Source: the human T2T-CHM13v2.0 reference genome, Homo sapiens
Assembly: GCF_009914755.1 (NCBI RefSeq)
Contig: NC_060927.1
Strand: one strand, 5' to 3'
Length of the DNA stretch: 64,000 nt
Within the stretch, counting starts at the first letter, position 1, and each line of letters begins with the position of its first letter. The notes under the pieces are model-generated. The model did no database searches, was not told the origin of the DNA, and saw nothing but the letters and a program-made list of their open reading frames with translations. Shown in pieces: positions 16,966 through 30,123 of the stretch. The position numbers were made by a program, and so were the translations under genes.

Positions 16966-17489
16966 GCATTATTTCTGTGTTGGGATACATGTCCTTCTGA
17001 AATTGCCATGAGGCAACAAGAAAATGAATGGCCATAAAATCTTATGTGAAATACTTGGGCCTAGCATTGCTTTGGAATTCAAAATGTTTATTAAAAAAAT
17101 AAGGTACTTTATTACATAACACTGTCAGCATGTGACACATTAACTTACTATGACAAAATCTTATGAGCATTCACAGGGGATATAACTTCATACCAGTTAA
17201 GGTTGGTTACAATTCAGTTCATGTCAAGTCAAGTTTCTCCACTAAAGCAGTTTCAAAGAATATAAGACAACATAAAACAAACAAAAGCATAATTTTCATA
17301 GGGCTTGGATCTCAGAAATGTGACTATGGGATTCTGGGCTTGTACTTAGACTAGGTCCAGATTAATTTAAGAGAGACTCCACATGGCCTGTCTAAATTTC
17401 CTATTTCCATGTGTCTAAAGATGCATTAAATAATGAAGGTATATTTAAAAAATAATGTTAGATGAAATCTGAAAAAAATACTGTTGTGA

Positions 17490-17965
17490 GGTAAGGCCAT
17501 AAGGTCAATACTGCTGGCATAACACTAACAAAGAAACCCAAGTCTAAAAATTGTCTAATGTCTCATAAACAACAAAAGTTAAATTTCACTTATATAGGGC
17601 CCAGACAGATGTTTCTGATTGGCAGGCTTACTCTTCAAGTAGTAGTGTCTCTGACTACCAGATTTCCTCCATCCTGTGCCTAGGCCATGTTCAATAGAAT
17701 ACATTCAAGGCAACTATGCTACTTTATATAAATTCAGCAGAAAGAAGAAAAAAATAAAAAAGATGGAAAATGCGCTTACTCTTTTCTGTCACCTTAGGAA
17801 ATAACAGATACCACTTTGTCTCATATCCTCTTGGCAAAATCTAGCCATGTGGCTCCATCCTGATGCCAGAGAGGCTGAAATATGCAGACTGCTCAGCTCC
17901 TTGCCAAATCTTTCATTATGATGGGGGATAATGAATTTAATTGAACAGTTTGCTGTATCTGTCAC
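17490..17965 (-). mobile_element. Old MLT1 LTR (MLT1J-like)
   Basis: TTGGCAAAATCTAGCCATGTGGC...GAGAGGCTGAAATATGCAG...TCTGTCACA. Confidence 0.6.
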
Positions 17966-19194
17966 ACATTCTAGAACTGAGATAATTTCGCAAAAATGCA
18001 ACATCAGTGATGCTTATTCATACACTGCCCTGCAAGTAAGGACACTGTGGTTGATTGTAAAAGTAAAACATTCCAACTCTCCCTATAATTCTGGAATGTA
18101 CAAGCTGCCTTAATCAAGGAAAAAATATAAAATCACTCTCACACCTGCCATTCATCACTTCCTTTCTTTCTATATCTATTCAGGGATTTCAAGTTCCAGA
18201 ATAAGATCCATACAACAAGATCAAAATTAGATGGAGATTGCGAGTGTTCCATTGCAGTATGTTGATATTAAGAAAGAAAAATATATAAACAAATAAAAGG
18301 TTTATAACAGTTACAATATTTCTGAAATATTTACAAATTTAGACACTTTCATCATGAAATAAGTTGACTCTTATGGATGGCAGGAATACATTCAAGTTGA
18401 AAGTATTAATAGGAACACAGACCCATGTCTTATTTCTCTTCTGTAGACTGCAGTTCCAGAAACAGTAGCAGGCTAATGTTTTAGATAATTTAATGGGGAA
18501 CTCTATCCAGATTTGTGTTTAGGAAAATGGAGAAAAAAATACACAGAATCACACCACTGTAACACTAATCTTAATATATTACTTATCAACTATTGTATAC
18601 TGTACATATTTCTCATAATTATAGTCATAATATTAAGATTTATATCAACTATTTTCCAAGATTATATAACACCAGTGAGCTACCTATTTTATTATTTAAG
18701 CTGCATATTTAACATAAATTTAAAAGCTAATTATGTGGTCTCTAAAAGAAAAAAGCAAATTCAGATTTATATTGTTCTTGGAATTTATGGGCTTAGCTGG
18801 AATTTATGAAAGATCCAGACTATCTACCCACTCTAGAAAGAAAATATTTTGAAATACTTTGGATCAATGGTTATTGAGCTTCTGTTTAACATGAACAGTA
18901 ATTATGAAATCAGTGCCAATTTTACTTATTGATTTCTAGTAGTAATACTAAAAATAACCAATGATAATGTGAGATTGGAAGTTTAAAAAATAAAAAAGCT
19001 AGGCATAAACTTATGGGTCATGACCCTAAAGATACCATTTCAATTCTCTAAATACTCATTAATTTCTATCTCTTAGTGGAGCTTTTCAGCCTACTTCTAA
19101 GTGACCAAACTCATCACATCTCATTTTATTTAATTAAAACCCTGAATCATTTCATAAATTTTATTGATTAAGTCAAGGTCCAAGATATCTTATT

Positions 19195-19680
19195 TGGTTT
19201 GGAGCCATTCAGGAAAAGAGAAACCACACCAGTTATTTTAACAGAGAATATGATAATGAAATGAGTTGGTTAAAGACATATTAGAGGGTTAAAATGGCAA
19301 AAATAGAAAAATAACATAGTAACTGCAGAAAGCACAAACCAATTCTTGAGCTGTAGGACAAAAATAAAAGAAGTTTGGGTTCTTTAAAGCTGGAAGCTTA
19401 GCAGGGAAGCACGGAGATCTCAGAAGGGGTTGTCGTACTGGTATCTTTGAGGAGGTAAGTGGAGATGGTTCAGGGAGCAGAAACAAACTGGAAACTGAAA
19501 TCAATTGTCTTTGTTAAGGTGACTGCCTGTTGCAGGTGAGATGCTGACAGAAAAAATGACTAAACAGGAAAGAGTAACTACTTCTTCCTCACATGCCCTA
19601 TAGTGTCAGAAGCTGACAAGATGCCAGTTAAAGAAAGATAAATATAGTTTGCTTTATAACCAGCTCATTATGTAATATTT
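19195..19680. mobile_element. Ancient ERVL-type LTR remnant
   Basis: CAGGAAAAGAGAAACCACACCAGTTATTTTAACAGAG resembles old ERVL LTR ends. Confidence 0.4.
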
Positions 19681-20179
19681 TGGGGACTATGGGTGGGAAT
19701 ATATAAAAAAATAAAGCTAAATGTCTGTGAAATTCCACTTGATTAGAAGTCTTTAAGTCTTTAAAACAAAACAAGACAGATTTACATAAAAAATCTAGCT
19801 AAATTTATACTTGATCATAATATGCTCCCTAAGTTCTATCAAAACATTAACTTAGTCTAAAGATGCTTATGCCTTATGTAATAAACAACCTATTAGACTA
19901 TGCCAAAAATTGTTTTCAGCTTACTTAGAATTTTAAGCTCTAGAATTTTAACATTTGCCATTTTTTAAAAAACAATAACTTTTATCTGTCATTATCATTT
20001 TCCAATTACCTCATGGTTTTCCCAGTCACTCTTTCTTTATTCCAAATCAATATTTATTTAGTTTTGACTCCAAGAATTTCTGTTTTTCACCTTTGCAAAG
20101 TTATAATGAACGATTTTATTCTCCCCTGTAGATATATTTTATTCAGCTTAATCCATCAGACACAACTATAACTTGGTGT

Positions 20180-21000
20180 TTTTTTTTAATACATCTTCTT
20201 TCAAAGTATCTGAGCATGTCCTTGATGTTGTGTTTACTAGTTTGAACATCTGTTTGAAGACCTCTCCCCCAAGCCAGAACTAATCTCTTCTGCCTCTGAA
20301 ATCCCATAAAATTTTATCTGTAACTCTCAAGTAATGTAAAGTTTCCAATCAGACCTAAACTTATCTATGTTTATATGTTTTTCTCTTCGATCCTACTTTT
20401 AAGTTAGAACAGGGTCTTTTTGCAACACTATTATGTGCCAACTATTTTATTAGGTACTAAGAATGTGGATTTAAATAAAACAGAAAACTCACTCTCAAGA
20501 AATTCAAGACTAGTCAGAGGTGATAAACAGTGTGAAATGAGTAGAATAACAGTAATATTTATAAGATACAGAGAAAGGAAGACAATGGTGATTAATTTTT
20601 CTGGTTGTGAATTGAAGGAAATTTCAAGATGCATCTTGACCTGACACTTCAATATAAAAAAGGGTGGAGTTGGAGAGTCAAAGGATGACATTTCCTGTAG
20701 AAAATACATTATAGGTGAAAGTATGATGATGTGAAATATCAAAGCACATTAAAGTAATTGCAAGGAGTTCAGCATAACTTGAGATGTGAGGGACCATTTA
20801 GTAGACAAGACCTAGGCTTTGACCAGATCATGAAAGTGCTTGAATGATATGCAAAAGAATTTGTCTGTATTTAGTAGAAAGTTCAAAACTAATAAAATAT
20901 TCTAATGATAGGACTCTTGCAATCAGTTTTACTTAAGAGAGATCCCTTTGGATCTGGTGGATTGAAAAAAGACTTTAGAATATGAGTTGCAGGCACATAA
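20180..21000. mobile_element. Two L2 fragments: plus strand at about 20180-20417, minus strand at about 20420-21000
   Basis: L2 3'-region motifs in both orientations (CACTATTATGTGCCA...; GACCAGATCATGAAAGTGCTTGAATGA). Confidence 0.55.
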
Positions 21001-21894
21001 TTTAATCAAATACTCATTTAGAACATGGGATTTTAAAGAAGTGTTGCAAAGAAACCCACAATGCTTTAGAGTTAAATCCAGCAGTGGAGGCATCTATTAC
21101 CTATTGGCAGAAATCTCAGAGCTACCTTGGGTATAGTGTTAATAGAATAATTAAGGCAGCAAGGACACCCTAACTGATCTATTTTTTACAGTACCCATGA
21201 GTGCTATTGTTGATCCAAATTCCAAAGTCTCATACTAGTTCTCCACTTTTTTTTTGTTTTGTAAATTAAGCAATCTACTTTCAGTAGATTTCTTTTATCT
21301 TTAATTTAGTCAGAATTATTTTCTATAGATTCCAAATTGGCTTTGTAAAAATCTGAAGTTGAACCATAAATTTTATCATGAAATCTGAGAGAATATCTTT
21401 AAATATATATATGAAGATGAGATCAGTTTTAAAAATTCTCACTTTGAAAGTTTAAAATTAATGCAATATTCAAGATAATTTAGAAATACTTTGTTGAAAG
21501 TAATAGTGGGGAAATAGATTTGGCATGATAATTGCATTTGAAGACCAGAATTACTAATTGAATGTATTTTTCACAAGCCCATATGAACCATATTGGAGGG
21601 CAAGAATAACATGTTTTAGATCTGCAGTGTGTTAATTTTTATTGAGATTCTTTTTTAAGTTTTCAGGAGAATGAAAACAAGGAAAATCAAATATGCATTG
21701 CATTAGCATTGAGTAGAATGCTTTGAATTTTATAAATCTTCTTGCTATTCTTTTTATTATGTTTTTATGCCCTTATTTTGCCTGACATCAACTAGTTAGT
21801 ATAGTCTAAATAATATTGATAAAATACCACTATTAGTTAGGCTGGAATAAAAATTACTGTATTTGATAAGTGAAGTTTATTTTAGGGAGTATCA

Positions 21895-24800
21895 TTTTTT
21901 TAAGAAGGTGTAATTTATATACAGTAAAATTTATCCTTTGTTATAAGCAGCTCTGCAAGTTTTGGCATATTTCTCTAGCAGTATAACTATCACCATAATC
22001 AAGATGCAGAACAATCCTATTACCCTGCATAGTTACTTTGCTCCCCTTTATAATCAATCACTCTTGCCAGCCTAGTTCCTGGCCACAATGGATCTGTTTT
22101 CTGTTCCTGCAGATTTTCCTCTTCCCAGAATGTTGTATAAATGGAATTGTTAAGACTGTAAGCTGTTGAGTCTAGCTTCTTCCGCTTAGCATAATGTATT
22201 TGAAACTTACCATGCTATCCCATATGTATGTTATTATTGTTCACTAGTATTCTCCTCTTTGATAGACCTTAATTTGTTTGTCCATTCCTCAGGTAGGGAT
22301 ATTTGAATTGTTTCTAGTTTGAGGACAGTATAAATCACTCTACATATTCAGGTACAAGTTTTGGTGTGAACATGTTTTTGTTTCTCTTGAATAAATACCC
22401 ATGGGTCGAATTGCTGAGCCAGATATTAATGAACTTTAAGAAATTGTCAAAATATTTGCAAAAATGTTAACATTTTGCATCTCATGAGCAATGTATACAT
22501 TTTGAATGCTCACCAGTACTTGGCCTTGTAAGATTCGTTGGAGTTGTTGTTAGCCATTTAAATAGTGACTTCATTTGGTTTTTAATTTGCATTTCTCTAA
22601 TGAATAATGATATAGGGCATTGTTTCATGTGCTTATTTGCCAATTGTTTTTCTTTGTTGAAATATTTCAGATTTTTGCATATTTTTATTGGATTAGTTGT
22701 TTATTAAGGAGTTTTATCATTCTTTTATCTTCTTGATACAATCTTTTATTAAATATTTGATTAGAAAAGTTTTTTCCCATTTTATGGCTTTTTATCTTTT
22801 ACTGTAAATAGCTACTTTTGAAAAGAAGTTCTTAATTTTTAAAAAGTTTAATTTTGTATCACTTTCACACTTCATTTTCTCTCTACTATTGGTTTATTAT
22901 CTATATTTTTATTATGTTTTTTGATAACTGCCCCAGGCTTTACAATATACACCTTTCATTAATCGTAGTCCACCTTCAAATGATAATATATTACTTCACA
23001 CAGTGTAAAGACCTTACAACATTATACTCCTAATTCCCCCTCTTCATACTTCACATTGTTTTTATACATTTTTACATCTGTAAACATGTACTACTTTGCT
23101 AATATTTGCTTTATAAGGTGAATTAATATTTTGATAAATTAAAAATAATAAAATGAAATTTATAATCATCTTTAATTATGACATTTCTTTGAGATGACAC
23201 AATTTTTTATTTAATATCTGGTGTCAATTTCTTCTAGCTTAAGATCTTTTCTTTTTTAACATTTCCTTAAGTACTAGTCTAGTAATAATTATTTCAGTTA
23301 TATATTAACTTTAAAAGTCTTTTTTTGTTCATTTTGAAATATATTTTTTCTCTATTCAGAATTCTCGGTTGTTTGTTTTTCTTTTTTGTTACTCTTTTTG
23401 CATTAGAAAGATGTCACTCCATTGTCTTCTGGCTAATATAATTTCTGCTGAGAAGTTTTCTATAAGTAATTCTTAGCTTTGTTACTTCTTATGGTCCGTG
23501 TCTTTTTTCTGGTTGCCTTCAAAAATTTTGTTTTTGTATTTAGATTTTGGCGACTCTGATATTATGCATCCAAGTTTATTTGTGTGTGTCTGTTTTGTGT
23601 TTTGTATTTATCCTATTAGATGTTCTCTAAGCTTCTTGGATCTTTAATTTGATATATTATATTAATTTTAGAAAATTATCCACTATTATTTCTTAGAATT
23701 TTCCTCTATCATTTTCATCCTTTCTGGCATTCCAAATACACATATGTTAGATTGTTTGATATTTTCCCACAGCTTCTAGATGCACTGGTTTTTTGTTTGT
23801 TTTTGTTTTAATTTTTTCTCTTTCCCTTTAATACGGGAAATTTCTATTGATCTACATTTTAAAGCACTATTATTTTTTTGGTTATTATTAAGTACACTTT
23901 GGGGACCATCAGAAATATCCTTTACCTCTGTTGCCATGTTTTCATCTCTAGAATTCTAGTTTGATTCTTTCTTAGATGTTACATTTTTCTGCTGACATTC
24001 CCTATGTGTTTATGCATGCTGTTGACCTTTCCCTCTTGCACGTTTAACACATATTATATTAATTTTAGGTTCCCTATTTGATAGTTACAATCTCTGATTT
24101 ACATCTACATCTAATTTTATAAAATATCTCTTGACAATGGTTCTTTTTTGTATCTCATAATTTTTCGTTAAAACCTAAACATATTGTGTAGTACAGTGCA
24201 GACTAAGGTATAAATTATTTATACCTTGAAATGGGCATATCTTTTGTTTGCCTGTAATGTGGGAGGTTGACTAAATCTTTTAGGATTTTCTTTGGCTTTG
24301 TGTTTTGTTGTTGCTGTGTTTAATCTCCCTGGACCATATGCTTCAAGTCTAGCATTAGTGTATGAGCTAGTTTGCTGAAGAGATTTTACTCAATGCCTGC
24401 TTCATCCTGTTTTAGATCTTTCCTTTGTGACTTCATCTCAGAGAGGTTCTTACTTTACACTCTTGTCTATCCACATCAGTAGATGGTTGTTGTTTCTTAA
24501 GACTTGTCAACCCGTTGGTGTGGGGAAGAAGGCAGGAAAAGAGTGTTATCTTCTGTTCCTGTTCTGTTCTATTAATATCTTAGAAAGATGCTATGCTGCT
24601 GGGTCTCAAGGGAAGGGCCTTCTCAGAGATCTTATATCCCTTCTACCCCATGCTAGGGGTACTATAATGGTCCTGGGACATTTTCCTAAAAAAAACTCTC
24701 AGGCAAATCTTTTTATTTTACCTTTTTTCTTCCTCTACATGCAATGTATTCTCACCTATGCCCTGAGAGTGCTACAGTTTTCTGTCGTTTCCCCAGTGGC

Positions 24801-25260
24801 TTAAGGCTTTCTCGCTGTAGGAGAGATAGCAGGGAAAGATCCAAATAAGGCTTTCTGCCTTTTTCACAGTGGCTGCTGTTCCCCTGGACAATGCTACACT
24901 CCCAGGGAAGCTTTCTCCTATCTTTTACTTTCCCTCCATTCTTCTTATGAGTATTTGGTGGGTTGTTTGGAGAAGAGCCTGTGAACAGTTGTAGATTCCC
25001 TTGTATTAGTGGTTCCTAAGTGTTTCATATACTCAAGCTAGGCCACATGTAGCTGTTAACAATTTGTTAAAAAGTTTAGTGAAATTATTCTTACCAGTGT
25101 GAATGGCATCATCCAGTGTCTTCCTCAGGCAGGTGAGTAGTCAAGTTCTTTTATCTTTGTCTCTACATAGATTTCCAATGAATGACTTCCCTGTGACCTC
25201 AGCTTCCTGATTGCTTTTAGTTTTATTATGTAAAGAAAAAAACAAAGCTTGAGAAAAGAC
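21895..25260 (-). mobile_element. Old L1M sequence (L1MC-like 3' end followed by ORF1/5' region pieces)
   Basis: T-rich antisense L1: TAATTTATATACAGTAAAATTTATCC, CATTTCTCTAATGAATAATGAT, TCCATTGTCTTCTGGCT, CCCTGTGACCTCAG. Confidence 0.8.
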
Positions 25261-25309
25261 AGAAGTTATGAAATGTCTAAGAGAGGGATTATATTGGAGG
25301 CTCAGTAAC

Positions 25310-25671
25310 TGTCCTACCCCATTTTGTGCAGTTGGAATACAACAGACTTGCTAGTTTATAATAAAAGAAATGCATTTATCACAGTTCTGGAGGATGGGAA
25401 GTTTAAGATCATGGTGCCAACAAGTTCAGTTGTCTGGTGATAGCTGCATCTTCCAGAGGGGAGGAACACTGTGCCCTCACATGACAGAAAGTGGAAGGGC
25501 AAGCTACCAAACACTGTGTGAGGCCTCTTTTATAAGAGCCTTAATTCCATTCACAAGGGATGAGCTCTCAAGCCTAATCACCTTTTAAAGGTCTCACCTC
25601 TAAATACTAACACAATTAGCCATTAAGTTTCAACACCGGAAATTTGGAGGGGACACATTTAAACCATACCA
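25310..25671 (-). mobile_element. MST LTR (MSTD-like)
   Basis: CACAGTTCTGGAGGATGGGAAG...TTTGGAGGGGACACATTTAAACCATA. Confidence 0.8.
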
Positions 25672-25896
25672 CTAAGTAAGATGGAAGGGTGGGATGGTAG
25701 TAAGCCACTACCCAATCTGTGGAGTTTCAGTCAAGCAAGGGAAGCAAATATATGACTCGAATAAATTATTATAAAAAGAAGATCCAGAATTAGAGAAAAA
25801 AACTTACAGTGTCCTAACCTATACATATAAGACAATTAAAATTAAGAACTCATAACCAGGAACTTAAAAAAAAAGAATGGTAAAGAAAGGCTATGT

Positions 25897-25940
25897 TATT
25901 GTGTTCATGCAAAAGTTATTGCAATTTTGCCATTACTTTC
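25897..25940. mobile_element. MADE1 (mariner MITE) fragment
   Basis: TGCAAAAGTTATTGCAATTTTGCCATTACTTTC. Confidence 0.55.
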
Positions 25941-26439
25941 AGAGACAGAAACAATATGATAAAATTGTGGAAGAGGTTGACATGGTGAAAGTGAGCATGA
26001 TACTTGAATGGGGATGTAAAGCAGAGTCTTGAATTCCTACCCTTCACATGTCATCCCAGAGGAGATGCCCTCAGGGTTCCACTCAGGATGGATATGGTTA
26101 AAAATGGATGATGTAGTAATTCCTGCTCCTGGTCCTTGATTTGGCTGTGCTAGGTCCACACAAAAACTCTCAAGCACTAGTTCTACCCAATAATCAGCCC
26201 TCAGTTGTCTTGCAGTGTCTGCTTTCCTTCCATGTCACATTTCCGTGGACATGAAAGTTTTTCTATCATGATTATTTCACCAGAAAAAGCAACTCACAGA
26301 GCAGTACTCTATCTAACCTCACAAGTGGTGTTTTGCTTGGCTGTTAAGGGAATGTAGAGACAAGATTTAGTTAATCCAGTAAACCCACATAAAACAAAAC
26401 GTGTTGCTCAAAATTAAACCATATAAAATTGTAGTTACT

Positions 26440-26810
26440 CAATCTTATAGAAGGAGAGAGAATGGTAGTTGCCAGGGTCTGGAGTATGAAGGAAATAGGG
26501 AGATACTAGTCAAAGGATACAAAATTTTAATTATGCAGGATAAATGAATAAGTTCTGGGAACTAATTTATAGCATGGTGACTATAGTTAATAATAATCTA
26601 TTGTATACTTGAAATTTGATGAGTTTAGACTCTAAATGTTCTTATCCCAGAAAAATAAAAGTGGTGTATGTGAGGTGGTGGATATGTCAATGAGCTTAAT
26701 AGTGGTAAATATTTCATAATGTACATGTATATCAAAACATCACATTTCACACCTTAAATACACATGATTTTTTGTTGACTTATCTTCAATCAAGCTGGAC
26801 AAAATAAATT
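26440..26810 (+). mobile_element. L1MA 3' end
   Basis: AGAATGGTAGTTGCCAGGG...GCATGGTGACTATAGTTAATAATAAT...GTATATCAAAACATCAC. Confidence 0.85.
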
Positions 26811-27185
26811 AAAAGTTGAAGTTATGCTATTGGTAAGTAGTATTTTTATACTGTCACAAAAAGAAATGTTATACTGCACACAAGTAACTGAACTCTGAAC
26901 TGAGGAAGTCCTGAAAAATTAGGAGGCACTCGCTTCATAAGAGAAACCCTGACCTAAAAGAGGAACATTTAAGGAAAGGCCTTTGTAACTATAATTCAAA
27001 ATCCTAAAACCTAAATAAATACCAACAATTCAACTACATAAGCATCAGCACTCTGTGCATACAAAAATTAAATAAAAAATTTAAAAAGTACCATGAGAAA
27101 AACAAAATGTAAGTGCTGTACTGGTGAGAAATATTTATTTCATAGACAAAGGACTAATATCCTTGAGGTACAGAACTTCTCAAGA

Positions 27186-27563
27186 GTGATGTCAGCTCAG
27201 GCTGACATAACGAAATACCATAGAATGGATGGCTCAAACAACATAAACTTATTTTCTCATAGTTCTGGAGGCCAGAAAGTTTAAGATCAAGATCTGACAA
27301 GGCTTGGTTTCTGGTTCTCTTCCTGCCTTGCAGATGGCTACTTTCTTGCTATGTACTCAATGACATTTTCTTGGTGAGTGCACATAGAGAGAGAGCAAGC
27401 TCTCACTTCTCCTTTTCAGCAGGACATATATCCCATTGAGGGTCCCACCCGCATAACCTCATCTAACCCTAATTACCTCCCATGGCCTTATTTCCAGTAT
27501 CACACTGGGGGTTTGGCTTCAACATATAGATTTTCAGGGTAGACAAACATTTGGTTTATAACA
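27186..27563 (-). mobile_element. MLT1A0-like LTR
   Basis: AGCTCAGGCTGACATAACGAAATACCATAGA...GGCTTCAACATATAGATTT. Confidence 0.8.
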
Positions 27564-27691
27564 AGTGGTAAAGACCAATAATATAACAGAAAAAAGATGG
27601 ACAAAGATATATATGCATAATTCTCAGAAAATAAAATACAATACTCTATACCCAGGAAAAGATGAGCCACTACAATCATAATGAACAAAGT

Positions 27692-27989
27692 GACATCTGC
27701 CCATATTCCTCCCAGATAGTATCAAGGAACTGAAACTTTCCAGATCATCACATCCAGACAATGAGACACCAGACCCCTTATCTCACCATCTGCTGTCTGT
27801 CGACCAACTCCTATATAAACCCCTACCTTTAGTAAGTTAGGAAGATAGATTTGAGACTTGTCTCCTATCTCCCAGATGACGTCACTTGCAATAAAGCCTT
27901 TCTTCCCTGGCAATACTCATTTTCTCAGTGACTGGCTTTCTGTGGGATGAGCAACCAGACCTAGGTTGAACTCCTTGTGTTTGGCAACA
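27692..27989 (+). mobile_element. ERV1 LTR fragment (MER34/MER39-like)
   Basis: TATATAAACCCC, GATTTGAGACTTGTCTCC, AATAAAGCCTTTCTTCCCTGGCAATACTC; ends ...GCAACA. Confidence 0.7.
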
Positions 27990-29072
27990 AATGCATACTG
28001 AGATAGTATTTTCCACCTAGCCACAACCAAAATTTTAATAACACTCTTGGTTTATGAGATTGACAGAAAGCAGGAACTCCTAAATTCCTGGAGAAAGTAT
28101 AGGTTTCTATATTTTCAAATGTTCATCAATTGGGGCTGCTTTGGTCCTGAATTTTGGTATTTTTTCAAAAGAATATTATATAGCTGTCAAAAGAATGAGG
28201 TAGCTCTCTATGATATATGAGATAATGTTTAGTATGATATATGTCTCTGTATCTACATACAGATCTGTATCTACGATACATGAGATAGTTAGCAAACATA
28301 AAGTGCAATGTATATAATATACCAAATGTTGTATAAAATTGAAGGAAACATGCACCTACATTAGTATTTTCTTGTTTGTGCTTTAAAAAAAATGAGCAAA
28401 TCCAGATAAGAAAATGCCAGTAATTCTTAGGTTTTTAGTGAATGGTTGAGGCTGGAAATGAAAACAGAAGAGACAAAAATAAGAGAAAACCTTTTAACTG
28501 TGCACTCCTATGCATTTTTTTTCTTGAACTATATAACCTAATCAAATGAAAAATCACTAAAAAATATTTTTGATTTTTTAAAAAGTAGAACCTACAAAAA
28601 AATCTACTTATAAAATGCTGATTATAATGTAGATACAAAAAATAAAATAAAAATATTTAACAAATAATAAGATTTGTAAGAACATTGTACTCAAATTTTT
28701 AAAATAATTTGTTATAAACATATAATTTCATAAAAATGCAAGAAAATTTAACACAAATTTAATTTCACGATTAAAATGCAAGAAAATTTTACAATTACTA
28801 TAAAATGAGATGAAAAGGCCAATGAGAATCAAAACATGCAAATTTTAATTGAATGGGTCACTTAAGAAGAATAAAGAGAAGTGTTAAGAACATTTATAAA
28901 ACTTGAGCCTGCATCACCTTGAGAAAAGAGGCAAAGGAATTCAAAAAGTTAGAGGAGGGTCAAAGCTCAAGATGGAAGTATTCTCAGAGATTGTTAGGCA
29001 GAATCTGCCATCGTTCACATCAAATTATGTGCTGTTAAACCATTGAGATTTTGAGATGTTCCCTCCACCAAC

Positions 29073-30123
29073 AGATACATTGGCTCTTTCATGACCCTAC
29101 ATGACTCTTTCATGACTCTTACATGACCTCGAACTGTGTAATATTAGAAACTCAAAGTACCTAACTTGCTATCAGGGACACCTTGATGTTGGGGAGACCT
29201 TGCTTTTCATGCAGCAGTGAAGTCAGTGCCTTCTCTTTTAAATGTAATAATTAAATTAATCTTAAATTAGTTGACTAAAAAGGAAATCTGAGGACATTTT
29301 AAACCAGTCCTATTGAAACAGAAGAACAAGACCATTTTAAAGCTATATTCTCCAGCTTCTTAAGGGGAGAAAAATGTGCATTGCTTCCTTAATATTTCTT
29401 TTAGAGCTTAGCACAGGCCTACACATATACCTAGTATGGAGCTTTCTTTTATTCATCAAAACTTAGTTGATATTATGGAGTGATCATATTCCAAGTCAAG
29501 CATGTAAGTAAAACTGTAAACATGTTTTCATAATATAAATGCAAACTTTTTAAATAACGGACTTCTATTGGCAGAAATTCTTTTTTGATATGTTTTAGGA
29601 TATATAACACATGGATTTCTTCCAAGCTGATGCGGCCCCATGCCAAGTGTCTCCGGTGGATTTTAGCTCTCATAGGCCTCTCTACTGGGTGTTCTGGCGG
29701 CGCAAGGCACAGCCTCCTCAACCTTATATGGTGACTTGGACAACTTTGAATTAGAGGAGATATAATCAGGGAGGGGCAGAAAAGGGAATGAGAAATTTGA
29801 ACAGAAAATTTTATATTGATAAAGCCATTTTATTACTTCCAGCTTGGTGTTAGCAAAGTATTAGCATCCTTTAATGAAATCTTTATGACATATAGCAAAA
29901 GTTAATATGGTCCATGGTATTTGATGAATATTGAGGTAGACTTTTCCAGAACACCAAATACACTTTGGGGAGTAAGTTACAGACTGCTTGGAGATACATT
30001 GGCTCTTTCATGACCCTAGAGTTCTATTTATTGAACTGCCTAATATCAGAAACTCAAAGTACCTAACTTGTTACCAGGGACAAAATGATAACTGGGGATC
30101 CCTGGCTTTTCATGCAGCAGTGA
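29073..30123 (+). repeat. Diverged direct repeat: 29073-29220 and 29992-30123
   Basis: First 27 nt identical; shared AGAAACTCAAAGTACCTAACTTG and GCTTTTCATGCAGCAGTGA. Confidence 0.95.

Larger units (their letters stand above)
27090..28560 (+). mobile_element. Degraded L1ME-like 3' region, interrupted by two LTRs
   Basis: GACAAAGGACTAATATCC; AAAGATGGACAAAGA; ATAGCTGTCAAAAGAATGAGGTAGCTC. Confidence 0.55.

Noticed and set aside
20300-20520. Tail-to-tail L2 pair as a miR-28/151-type hairpin
   Set aside because: The two fragments do not appear to overlap in L2 coordinates, and I see no complementary stem
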